Shown piece after piece: positions 7,367-15,958 of a DNA stretch of 39,624 nt. The translations under genes were made by a program, and so were the position numbers. The notes beneath the pieces were generated by a model, which searched no databases, was not told the origin of the DNA, and was given only the letters and a program-made list of their open reading frames with translations. The DNA comes from Clostridia bacterium (GTDB lineage Bacteria > Bacillota > Clostridia > Oscillospirales > CAG-272), in contig JAFTLM010000005.1 of NCBI GenBank assembly GCA_017455945.1, positions 1 to 39,624 on the forward strand, read 5' to 3'. Numbering within the stretch: position 1 is the stretch's first letter; every line of letters starts with the position of its first letter.

Positions 7367-7789
7367 ATGGCGGATTTGTGGAAACAAAAGGTTACAATTT
7401 ACAACGACATTCCAAAAAATGCGGTAGAAGACAGACACTTTGACCGATTTGTAATTGATTTGTGCAACATTCAAGGCGGTATTGTTAGCAAGGCTGACGG
7501 AACGATTGAAAACATAGTCAATGCGGTTACGGTTATATCGAAAGATGTTGACCGATATAAGACACCGCTTGAATATGCAAAACTGCCCGTGGATATAAGG
7601 GAATCCTATTACACGGTGCAAGTAGGTGATTTCATCGTTTTGTCGGAAGTTGACGATATTGTAACAACGAGCCGAGAGTTTGCAGAATTGCAAGAGAAAT
7701 ACAAGGATAACGGCATTGTTGTTCGTGCTGTTTCAGCGAATATTCACGGAATGAGCGTTGACAATGTTACCATAACGAATGTGGGGTGA
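7367..7789 (+). CDS. Putative head-closure / minor-capsid-type protein
   Basis: 140 aa. Called by position in the connector block. Confidence 0.45.
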   Translation: MADLWKQKVTIYNDIPKNAVEDRHFDRFVIDLCNIQGGIVSKADGTIENIVNAVTVISKDVDRYKTPLEYAKLPVDIRESYYTVQVGDFIVLSEVDDIVTTSREFAELQEKYKDNGIVVRAVSANIHGMSVDNVTITNVG

Positions 7790-7793
7790 TTGA

Positions 7794-8306
7794 ATGAGCA
7801 AATATGCAAAGTTATTTGAATATTTCCGTCAATGCCCCGAACTTGCTGACCTTTGGAGCATAGCGGCAACAGAAGATAGGGGCGTGAGGGTTATTCTTCC
7901 ACAAGGAGCTTCACCTACACACCAATATCAAGAAAGCATTGACACGCTCGGTGATTATCATTGTGAGATTGTGCCTTATCCGTCAGTTTATGAGGATTTT
8001 CAAATAAACTGCTATGAATGGTATGATGTGAACGATGATAGCGCACCGATAAGGAATGAAAATGTGCTTACTCTTGAACAAGTTACAAGTATTTGTGATT
8101 GGATAAAGGCACAGAACGATGCAAAGAATTTTCCCGATATTGGAGAAAGGATTGTGTCGATTGAGTGCAACCCCTTTGTGCCTCAAATTCGCTATGTAAA
8201 CCCCGAAGAAAACACGGTAGGATATTTTATCACGGTTCGGTTGAGATATGTCAATAAGGCGATATTTGAGCCGAGAAAGACGGTAGAATATGAATGTGAG
8301 GATTGA
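7794..8306 (+). CDS. Putative head-tail joining protein
   Basis: 170 aa. Called by position in the connector block. Confidence 0.4.
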   Translation: MSKYAKLFEYFRQCPELADLWSIAATEDRGVRVILPQGASPTHQYQESIDTLGDYHCEIVPYPSVYEDFQINCYEWYDVNDDSAPIRNENVLTLEQVTSICDWIKAQNDAKNFPDIGERIVSIECNPFVPQIRYVNPEENTVGYFITVRLRYVNKAIFEPRKTVEYECED

Positions 8307-8622
8307 CCTTAACGAGCCGAAGATTTTGGCAAAGGTGCAGAATGACCGTTTCGGATTGCTTGTATCAAATGAGTGGAAAAGGTTGATTGACCCATACACT
8401 CCAAGAGACACGGGAACAATGCAAGACACGGCAAAATTGTACCCCAATAAGATACATTACATTCAGCCGTATTCAAGGTATGTTTATTATGGAAAGAATT
8501 TCAATTTCCAACACAAAAACCCATATTCCACTTATGAATGGGATAAAGCGGCGGCAAACGCAGGTCAGCTTGACAAATTAACGCGCACACTTAACAACGC
8601 TTTACAAAGCGGACAATATTGA
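8290..8622 (+). CDS. Putative tail-completion protein (HK97 gp10-like / minor-capsid-type)
   Basis: 110 aa. YTPRDTGTM...YIQPYSRYVYYG resembles the gp10-type P-x-DTG...PYA..YYG pattern (from memory). Confidence 0.45.
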   Translation: MNVRIDLNEPKILAKVQNDRFGLLVSNEWKRLIDPYTPRDTGTMQDTAKLYPNKIHYIQPYSRYVYYGKNFNFQHKNPYSTYEWDKAAANAGQLDKLTRTLNNALQSGQY

Positions 8623-8640
8623 CGAAAGGAAAAGCACAAA

Positions 8641-9162
8641 ATGGCAATAAATACTGATTTTAATGTCAATGCAGGCACAAAAGCTCCGAGAAAACTTTTG
8701 AAGCATTATGTAAATGTTGGCACAAAAGAAGCAAAAGAATGGGAACTTCTCGGCACAGGTGTTGAAGACAGTTCTATTGAAACTAACTTTGAAACCGAAG
8801 AAGTCAATGATATTCTTGGAAACCACGAAACAACCGTAACAGGCGCGGCTCCTTCACAGTCTTTTGAACCCTTCACCGTTCGCGGCGGTTCTAAACTTGC
8901 ATTTAAGCTCCACGAGATCTGGCTTGACAAGAAGTATGAGGAGCTTTCGCAGTTCGATATGCTGACCGTTTACGGATATATCGGCACAGAGACCGATGGC
9001 TATGAGGCGGATATGCAGAGCGATTGCACCATTACATTTGGTAGCATTGGCGGTTCTGCTTATGTCGATATGCCTATCACAGTAAATTACAGCGACAAGA
9101 AAGAACGTGGAACAGTTAAGTTTACAGAGGGCGCGCCCGAATTTACAAAGGCATCTGCATAA
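8641..9162 (+). CDS. Major tail protein
   Basis: 173 aa. Sits directly upstream of the chaperone pair and tape measure. Followed by a stem-loop. Confidence 0.65.
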   Translation: MAINTDFNVNAGTKAPRKLLKHYVNVGTKEAKEWELLGTGVEDSSIETNFETEEVNDILGNHETTVTGAAPSQSFEPFTVRGGSKLAFKLHEIWLDKKYEELSQFDMLTVYGYIGTETDGYEADMQSDCTITFGSIGGSAYVDMPITVNYSDKKERGTVKFTEGAPEFTKASA

Positions 9163-9178
9163 AATAAAAAAATATTAT

Positions 9179-9212
9179 AATACCGCCTTGCCCTATATGG
9201 TAGGGCGGTATA
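9179..9212 (+). terminator. Stem-loop / weak terminator after the major tail gene
   Basis: ATACCG..CCCTA / TAGGG CGGTAT hairpin with an internal bulge and a weak T-tract (ATATTTACATTT). Confidence 0.35.
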
Positions 9213-9250
9213 TTTACATTTAATGAGGATATAAAGAGAGGTAATTTATT

Positions 9251-9775
9251 ATGAAGTTAAGCACAGGTAAAGTTGCATTCCCGATTGAATTTGACAATGG
9301 CGATAAGGCTGTTATTTATTTTAACCCCAATGATAGAGAAATACAGACAAGAATACAGGGATTTGAAAGGTCCATTGAAAAGCGCATAAAGGAAATTGAC
9401 CTTGAAAAGTACAAGAGCAGATTTGATGGCAACATTTCTGAAATAGACCTTGAAAACCCCGAAAAGTTGCTTGAAATGTCGGCTGATGAGTTAAAGGCTT
9501 TGCAGGGCAGACTTGATGCCGTAAATGAGATTGAAGCAGAATATAACAAGGCAGTCAAGGATGAGCTTGATGTTGTATTCGGCGGCAAAATTTCTGATGT
9601 CGCTTTTCGTTATTGTCAGCCGTTCGATACAGTTATTGTTGAAGACGAAAACGGCAACGAAAAGCGAGAAATGTATATTATGCACTTTATTCATTGGCTT
9701 ATGGTTGAGTTGAAAAAGTACGGTGCAGAAAACAAGAGCGCTATGGATAAGCACTTGGCAAAGTATAACAAATGA
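9251..9775 (+). CDS. Tail assembly chaperone (first of pair)
   Basis: 174 aa, acidic. Called by position between the major tail and tape measure genes. Confidence 0.5.
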   Translation: MKLSTGKVAFPIEFDNGDKAVIYFNPNDREIQTRIQGFERSIEKRIKEIDLEKYKSRFDGNISEIDLENPEKLLEMSADELKALQGRLDAVNEIEAEYNKAVKDELDVVFGGKISDVAFRYCQPFDTVIVEDENGNEKREMYIMHFIHWLMVELKKYGAENKSAMDKHLAKYNK

Positions 9776-10347
9776 TGTGGGATTTACCGACAGAAATACA
9801 AATAGGTGAGCAAATATATCATATAACAAAGAAATGCGATTATAGAGTGGTTCTCGATGTCATAATAGCATTGAATGATGAAGATATGACAACAGAGGAA
9901 AAAGTGATTTGCGGTTTGCTTTTGTTTTATGAAGAATTGACAAAAGAAAATATAAGATTTTGTCCTCACCTTGAACAGTTGCAAAAAGAAATGTTCCGTA
10001 TAATCAATGGCGGTGAGGAAGAAGAACAAACACAAGAAAACAAACCCAGATTGATGGATTGGGAACAAGATTTTTCAATATTAGCTCCACAAATAAACAA
10101 AGTTTTGAAAGTGGAAATTAGAAATCCAGATGCTTATTTACATTGGTTTACAGTTCTCGGTGGTTATTATGGAATAGACCCCGAAAATAATATTTGGGCG
10201 AATGTTGTCGGCATTCGTTCTAAACTGGCAAAAGGCAAGAAACTTGAAAAATGGGAGCAAGAATTTTATCGAGAACACAGAAAAATGGTAGAATTACCGA
10301 GAAAACTTACTGCGGAGGAAGAAGAATTTTTGAACTCCGATTGGTAG
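9772..10347 (+). CDS. Gp15-family tail assembly protein
   Basis: ATGA overlap with the upstream gene. The N-terminus WDLPTEIQIGEQIYHITKKCDYRVVLDVI resembles the bacteriophage Gp15 family (from memory). Confidence 0.55.
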   Translation: MMWDLPTEIQIGEQIYHITKKCDYRVVLDVIIALNDEDMTTEEKVICGLLLFYEELTKENIRFCPHLEQLQKEMFRIINGGEEEEQTQENKPRLMDWEQDFSILAPQINKVLKVEIRNPDAYLHWFTVLGGYYGIDPENNIWANVVGIRSKLAKGKKLEKWEQEFYREHRKMVELPRKLTAEEEEFLNSDW

Positions 10348-10363
10348 AAAGGAGTGTGATTGA

Positions 10364-13090
10364 ATGGCGATAGTGAATAGCGATGGAAGTATTATTCTTT
10401 CTACAAAGGTTGATACAAGCGGTGTTAGCAAAGGTTTAACCGACGTAAAAAGCAAATTCTCTGTCTTAAAAGGACAAAAAGCAACACTTGCAACACTTAC
10501 CCAAGCAATAAAAGACCAACAGTTTGTTCTTAATTCTTTAAATTTAGAATATGCGGAGTTTGTTGCAAAAGGTAAACTAAATTCTAAACAGGCACAAGAC
10601 TTAAAAGCAAGAATAAATGATTTGACTGCCGAAATGAAAGAAATGCAAGCGGCGGCTACTACTCTTGGAGCAAAATCAACAACGGCATTCGCTCAAATGA
10701 AATCGGGATTGATGGCTCTTGCATCTTATTTTATCGGTATTCAAACAATTTTTGCAGCAATAAGATTTAGCGGTGCATCTGCCGAATTTGCTACACAAAC
10801 AGAAGCAAGCGTTCAGCGATTGGTTGATATATACGGCTCGGCAAGCGATAGTGTGGGAGATTTCATAGATGCGAACGCTCGTGCTTTGGGTATGTCAAAA
10901 GCGGCGGCGGCTTCGTTCTCGTCTGTTTATGGTAACCTTTTCAGCGTGTGGGCAGACCAAGCGACAAATGCCGAATTGACAAATAGATACCTTAGTATGA
11001 CCGCAGTTGTTGCAAGCAAGACAGGACGAACTGTTGAAGATGTGCAAGAGCGTGTGAGGTCGGGTTTGCTTGGCAACACCGAAGCGATTGAGGACTTGGG
11101 AATTTTCGTCAATGTAAAAACCATTGAAATGACCGATGCTTTTCAGCGAATGGCAAATGGCAAATCGTGGGAGCAGTTGGATGCTTACACGCAACAGCAA
11201 ATTCGTTCAATGGCTATTCTTGAACAGGCAACGGCGAAATATGGTGATGAGGTTGCTGATACTTCCGCGACGATAAGAAACAGATACAAAGCGGCTTATG
11301 AAGATTTCCAAAATTCTTGGGGAAACATTGTAAACACGGTTTTACTTCCTGTTTTGGAAACACTTACACAAATTTTTGATATTGCAACAAAAGGATTAAA
11401 CGCTCTTTCGGGCAGAAGCGGACAAATTCTTGAAAATGTTGAATTGCAAGAAGAAAACACTGACAAGACGGCAGAGAATATAGAAGAACAGACAAAAAAT
11501 CAAAAAGAACTCAACAAAGAATTGAAAAAAGCAACTGCAAGTTTTGATGACATAGAGATTCTTTCCGCAAATACGGCAGAAAATACAAGCGGTGGATTAG
11601 ATAGCGGATTGCAAGTTTTAGGCGGTGATTTGGGCGGTGCTACTCCAGACGGCTCGGCTTATGTTGAAGAAATTGACGAAACATTAACCGCTATAATGGG
11701 TATAGTTGCTTTGTCTTTGGCGGCAGTAGGTCTTATATTGTTATTCACAGGAAATATTGGTTGGGGTATTGGATTTATAATCGCAGGCGCGGCAACATTG
11801 ACTGTAACAATGGCTTCTGCTTCCGAATTTGGATATGACGGAATTATTCAAATGCTTACAACCATTATGGGCGTCGCGGGCGGTGCGCTATTAGCAATAG
11901 GAATAATGTTGCTTTGGCTTGGAGTAACGACAGGCATTGCAATAGGTATGATAATCGCAGGTGGCGCGTTGATTGTTTCGGCAGTAGCGGCGCAGGCGGC
12001 TTTTGCTCCCGATGATATAGTGGCGTGGCTTTCTTTGATAATGGGAATAGCGGGAGGCGCGCTTCTTGCACTTGGCGTTATTCTTTGCATGGTTGGCAGT
12101 ATTCCTATGGGAGTGGGAATGATAATCGCAGGGGCAGTTTCTCTTGTTTCGGCAGTCGCTCTTAATTTTGATGCGGTAGTCGAAGCCATCAGAGGTCCGA
12201 TAGGCGCAATTATGGCAATAGTCAGTACGGCATTGATAGTTATAGGAATTATTCTTATTTGTACGGGAGTAGGAATACCGCTTGGAATTGGTCTTATTCT
12301 CGCAGGCGCGGCAGGATTGGCAACTGTTGTCGCATTAAATTGGGATGCCATATGGGATGCAATTACGGGAACATTTAATGCAATTATAGATTGGATAAAG
12401 GACTATGGATTGCTTGTACTTGGTATATTGCTTTGTTTAACGGGAGTAGGCATACCCTTTGGCGTCGCTTTGCTTGTAAAGTGGGCAAAAGATGGCGCAG
12501 AAAATGGCGTTCCGCTTGCGACGGCTATTGTAGATAAGGTAAAAGAAATATGGAACGCAGTAAAGAGATTTTGGGATGCAAACATAGCACCGATATTTAC
12601 AGGGGCGTTTTGGCTTGAGCTTGCAAAGAATTGCGGAAACGGACTTATAGGCGGTTTTGAAGCCGCCATAAACGGCATAATTGGAATGTTTGAAAAAATG
12701 ATAAACTGGATAGTAGACGGGCTTAACAAAATATCGTTTGATGTTCCCGATTGGGTGCCGTTGATTGGTGGAAATAAATTCGGGTTTAACATTCCGAGAG
12801 CAAATTTCGGAAGGCTGTCAATTCCGAGGCTTGCGCAAGGTGCAGTTATACCACCCAACCGTGAATTTCTTGCAGTTTTGGGCGACCAAAAACAAGGCAC
12901 AAATATCGAAGCACCGTTATCAACAATTCAAGAAGCAGTTTCTTCTGTAGTTAGCGCACAAAACGAAGCAATGTTGGGAACGCTTGAGCAAATTTTAGAA
13001 GCAATTCTCGGAATAGAGATTGGCGATGAGGTAATCGGTAGAGCCTCGCAAAGATATAATAATTCTATGATAAAAATGTACGGAGGTTAA
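10364..13090 (+). CDS. Tail tape measure protein (908 aa)
   Basis: Largest ORF, downstream of the chaperones. Helical N-terminal part, large hydrophobic repeat core, conserved-looking C-terminus. Confidence 0.85.
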   Translation: MAIVNSDGSIILSTKVDTSGVSKGLTDVKSKFSVLKGQKATLATLTQAIKDQQFVLNSLNLEYAEFVAKGKLNSKQAQDLKARINDLTAEMKEMQAAATTLGAKSTTAFAQMKSGLMALASYFIGIQTIFAAIRFSGASAEFATQTEASVQRLVDIYGSASDSVGDFIDANARALGMSKAAAASFSSVYGNLFSVWADQATNAELTNRYLSMTAVVASKTGRTVEDVQERVRSGLLGNTEAIEDLGIFVNVKTIEMTDAFQRMANGKSWEQLDAYTQQQIRSMAILEQATAKYGDEVADTSATIRNRYKAAYEDFQNSWGNIVNTVLLPVLETLTQIFDIATKGLNALSGRSGQILENVELQEENTDKTAENIEEQTKNQKELNKELKKATASFDDIEILSANTAENTSGGLDSGLQVLGGDLGGATPDGSAYVEEIDETLTAIMGIVALSLAAVGLILLFTGNIGWGIGFIIAGAATLTVTMASASEFGYDGIIQMLTTIMGVAGGALLAIGIMLLWLGVTTGIAIGMIIAGGALIVSAVAAQAAFAPDDIVAWLSLIMGIAGGALLALGVILCMVGSIPMGVGMIIAGAVSLVSAVALNFDAVVEAIRGPIGAIMAIVSTALIVIGIILICTGVGIPLGIGLILAGAAGLATVVALNWDAIWDAITGTFNAIIDWIKDYGLLVLGILLCLTGVGIPFGVALLVKWAKDGAENGVPLATAIVDKVKEIWNAVKRFWDANIAPIFTGAFWLELAKNCGNGLIGGFEAAINGIIGMFEKMINWIVDGLNKISFDVPDWVPLIGGNKFGFNIPRANFGRLSIPRLAQGAVIPPNREFLAVLGDQKQGTNIEAPLSTIQEAVSSVVSAQNEAMLGTLEQILEAILGIEIGDEVIGRASQRYNNSMIKMYGG
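11681..12481 (+). repeat. About 4.5 tandem ~57-aa Gly/Ala/Ile/Leu-rich hydrophobic repeats inside the tape measure
   Basis: Repeating units such as IMGIAGGALLALGVILCMVGSIPMGVGMIIAGAVSLVSAVALNFD. Each looks like a two-helix transmembrane hairpin. Confidence 0.8.
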
Positions 13091-13091
13091 A

Positions 13092-13457
13092 ATGCGACAA
13101 TTTTGTGATTATTTTATCATTGATGATAAACCAATTTTAGCTCCCGACCAAGATTTAGGCATTTCAAAACAGGATTTAGACGCGGAAGGTTCAGGGCGCG
13201 ATGAATTAGGATATATGCACAGAATAGTTTTACGCGAAAGAGTTGGCACGTGGAATTTAACCTATTCAACACTGAACGAATGGGAATATGAGTATATGAA
13301 TAAATTGTTTCAAGGGAAACCCGAATTTAATTTAATCATTAGGATTGGTTCTAAAGAAATAAAAACACGAGGTTATTGTTCTTCGGTAAAGGCATCACTG
13401 CACAATGCGACTAAAGGCATATATAAAGGCGTGTCTTTTTCTATAATTGAAGGTTAG
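13092..13457 (+). CDS. Putative distal tail (Dit-position) protein, short form
   Basis: 121 aa, immediately after the tape measure. GGAGG SD. Function assigned by position only. Confidence 0.4.
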   Translation: MRQFCDYFIIDDKPILAPDQDLGISKQDLDAEGSGRDELGYMHRIVLRERVGTWNLTYSTLNEWEYEYMNKLFQGKPEFNLIIRIGSKEIKTRGYCSSVKASLHNATKGIYKGVSFSIIEG

Positions 13458-13466
13458 AGAAGAAAA

Positions 13467-15563
13467 ATGATAAAAACGATATTAGTTTTATCCGATGGAA
13501 CGGAAATTTTTGCGGGGCATAATCGAATAAACGCGATACAAAGCACGGCAATCGAAGAAAGTTGCAACAATGGTGAAGATTTAACCTTTGGCTCTGTTTG
13601 TTCAAGCAAAATAAGTGTAAATATAATTACGCCGCAAAATCAATTACCGATAAGGGCCGGGGAAAAAATAACCCTATATGAAGAATTGAGTGGGCAAATG
13701 CGAAAAAAAGGCGTTTTTAATGCTGAAAAGCCACAAAGAAAAACAGCCAACACAACAAACGTCACAGCCTACGATAATGTATCTTTATTAGACAAAGACG
13801 TTACCGAGTGGTTCAATTCGTTAGCAGATTTTCCTTATTCGGTTTTTGATATGGCAAAAATCACTTGCGAACATTGCGGGCTGAAATTGAAAAATTCTAA
13901 TTTGCGAAACGGGGATTTTTTAATCAATGAAATGAAGTTGGAAAGCGTAACCGCAAGGCAGATTTTACAATGGGTCGGCGAGGTATGCGGGTATTTTTGC
14001 ATTGCAGACGAAAACGGCGATATATTTTTTTCTTGGTATGTGGAAAACTCAAAAACAATCGGCATAAATAGAGAAAGAGATACTTTGACGTTTTTAAAAG
14101 GCACGCTGACATATGAAGACTATACTGTTAAAAAAATAGACAGGGTGCAAATTAGGCAAAGTGAGGATGATGCAGGCTTTTCGTATCCTAGTGATGTAAC
14201 GGGTGGAAATGTATATATTATTCAATCTAACCCGTTTATAATAGCTTCCGCTGTTATTCAAGATATAGAGAATGTGGCGTTAAATCTATATAATGTTTTG
14301 AAAGATATAGTTTATACACCTTGCCATGTTAGTATATCATCATCGTTCAATTTTAATGTCGGCGACATAATAAAAATTACAGATGCAAATGGGGTTGAAA
14401 TTTCTGCATATATTACTAAAAAAAATAGAGCAGGAAATAAAGAAACCCTACAAAGTTCGGGTAATTTTGAAAGAAACGGCGCAACACAACTATACAGCAC
14501 AAGTTTTTCTAAAAATTATGGTGATAAGCTTATACTACAAAAAGCAATTACGAAGCTAAATGTAACAGCAGACGACCAGAGCGCGAAAATCGAGGCGCTT
14601 GCGGAATTTCAAACCCAAACGGAAAAGAACATTGCCCAAATCAATAGCGAAGCAAACGCGCAGGGCGCGAAAATCAATCTCGTGGTGGAAACTACAGCCG
14701 ATGGAAAGAACGCTGTGCGCGGCGGTGTGCTGGCCGAAGCGATAAACGGGCAGACCGCGGTAAAAATAAGCGCTGACGTGGTAAACATAGACGTTGTTAA
14801 GACATTGAACGCGAAAGCAGATGAAATAGACATCACATCTGATTTACTGAAAATCAGCAGTTCCGGGTTTTCACTTGAAGGCGGTGAATTGTATGCATAT
14901 AAAGGCAAAATTGGCAAATATGAAATCGTAGACGGCCTTTTAAAATGTAATTACGGCGCGGTTGCCGAAAGCGTAGTTGAAAGCGCATCGTTTCAAATGT
15001 ACGCGACCAGCACCGCAGACAGTGCACAGTACAGCACAGCTATTTCGCCAAAAACACTTGTACTATATAAATCGATTTTAAATGGTAGAACGCCATGCAT
15101 TAATATTTCTGCACAAGAAATATATTTCGTAAACGATTTATTGGATACTGTTACCGGCCGCAAAGCTTATATAAAATTCGAAGATAGCGTGCTTTCTTTA
15201 GGCTCGGACACATCGGGATTTTCAAATAGACTTAAAGGCACGTGGTACGGCACATTGCTCGTCGATTCCGACCTTCAAAAAAAGCGCGACATATCAAATG
15301 TGCCTGGAACATGGGAAAAGATATTTGATATGCTTACGGCGCGTGAATACCGCTACAAGGAAGATGAAACGGGTAAATTGCGTTTTGGATTTATCGCGCA
15401 GGAATTAAAAAAAGCAATCGAAGAAGCGGGAGAAGACCCCGATAAATACGCTATACTGCAAAAAGATAAAGATGGATTTTACAGCATTTGCTATAGCGAA
15501 TTTGCGGCACTCTGTGTTATGGAAATTCAAAAGTTAAAAAAAGAGTTGAGAGGTATAGGATGA
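13467..15563 (+). CDS. Tail tip / fibre protein with C-terminal S74 intramolecular-chaperone domain
   Basis: 698 aa. The C-terminal 98 aa (15267-15560), SDLQKKRDISNV...YRYK...RFGFIAQEL, match the self-cleaving chaperone domain of tail fibres and endosialidases. Confidence 0.7.
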   Translation: MIKTILVLSDGTEIFAGHNRINAIQSTAIEESCNNGEDLTFGSVCSSKISVNIITPQNQLPIRAGEKITLYEELSGQMRKKGVFNAEKPQRKTANTTNVTAYDNVSLLDKDVTEWFNSLADFPYSVFDMAKITCEHCGLKLKNSNLRNGDFLINEMKLESVTARQILQWVGEVCGYFCIADENGDIFFSWYVENSKTIGINRERDTLTFLKGTLTYEDYTVKKIDRVQIRQSEDDAGFSYPSDVTGGNVYIIQSNPFIIASAVIQDIENVALNLYNVLKDIVYTPCHVSISSSFNFNVGDIIKITDANGVEISAYITKKNRAGNKETLQSSGNFERNGATQLYSTSFSKNYGDKLILQKAITKLNVTADDQSAKIEALAEFQTQTEKNIAQINSEANAQGAKINLVVETTADGKNAVRGGVLAEAINGQTAVKISADVVNIDVVKTLNAKADEIDITSDLLKISSSGFSLEGGELYAYKGKIGKYEIVDGLLKCNYGAVAESVVESASFQMYATSTADSAQYSTAISPKTLVLYKSILNGRTPCINISAQEIYFVNDLLDTVTGRKAYIKFEDSVLSLGSDTSGFSNRLKGTWYGTLLVDSDLQKKRDISNVPGTWEKIFDMLTAREYRYKEDETGKLRFGFIAQELKKAIEEAGEDPDKYAILQKDKDGFYSICYSEFAALCVMEIQKLKKELRGIG

Positions 15564-15958
15564 AACTTGAGCAAGTGATAACCCTTCACGGCATTTTTGC
15601 CGCGAGAGCTAAAGAAGTTTACAGCGTGCAGCTTGCGCTGAAAATTTTGAAATTCAAAAAAGCAACGGCGGCGGAAGCGGAATTTTACGCTGAAAGGCAG
15701 CGGCATATTCTTTCCACGTGCGCAAAAACAGACGAAGGCGGCAAGTTTATTTTTACCGAAAGCGGCGGCATTTTGCTCCGCCTGGAGCGCGCCGAGGAAT
15801 ACCGCAAGCAGATGGCGGAGCTTGATGAAACGGAGACGGATGCGCAGATCACGTTCACCGCGCCAGACCTTGAGGAGCTGAAACTCACGCTTGAGGAGCT
15901 TGAAGCCGCCGCAGATTTTATAGAAGAGGAGAAAGACGATGGCAGAGGCAATACTTGA
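15560..15958 (+). CDS. Hypothetical acidic protein (132 aa)
   Basis: ATGA overlap with the upstream gene. Lies in a GC-rich patch between two fibre genes. Confidence 0.5.
   Translation: MKLEQVITLHGIFAARAKEVYSVQLALKILKFKKATAAEAEFYAERQRHILSTCAKTDEGGKFIFTESGGILLRLERAEEYRKQMAELDETETDAQITFTAPDLEELKLTLEELEAAADFIEEEKDDGRGNT

Noticed and set aside
9740-9790. Programmed -1 frameshift between the two tail-chaperone ORFs
   Set aside because: No XXXYYYZ slippery heptamer lies near the end of the first ORF. The second ORF has its own ATG in an ATGA overlap, so separate translation is simpler.
11848-12351. 167-aa minus-strand ORF inside the tape measure gene
   Set aside because: It is an artefact of the Gly/Ala/Ile repeat region, whose reverse complement is also stop-free. 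The tape measure frame is continuous across 908 codons.
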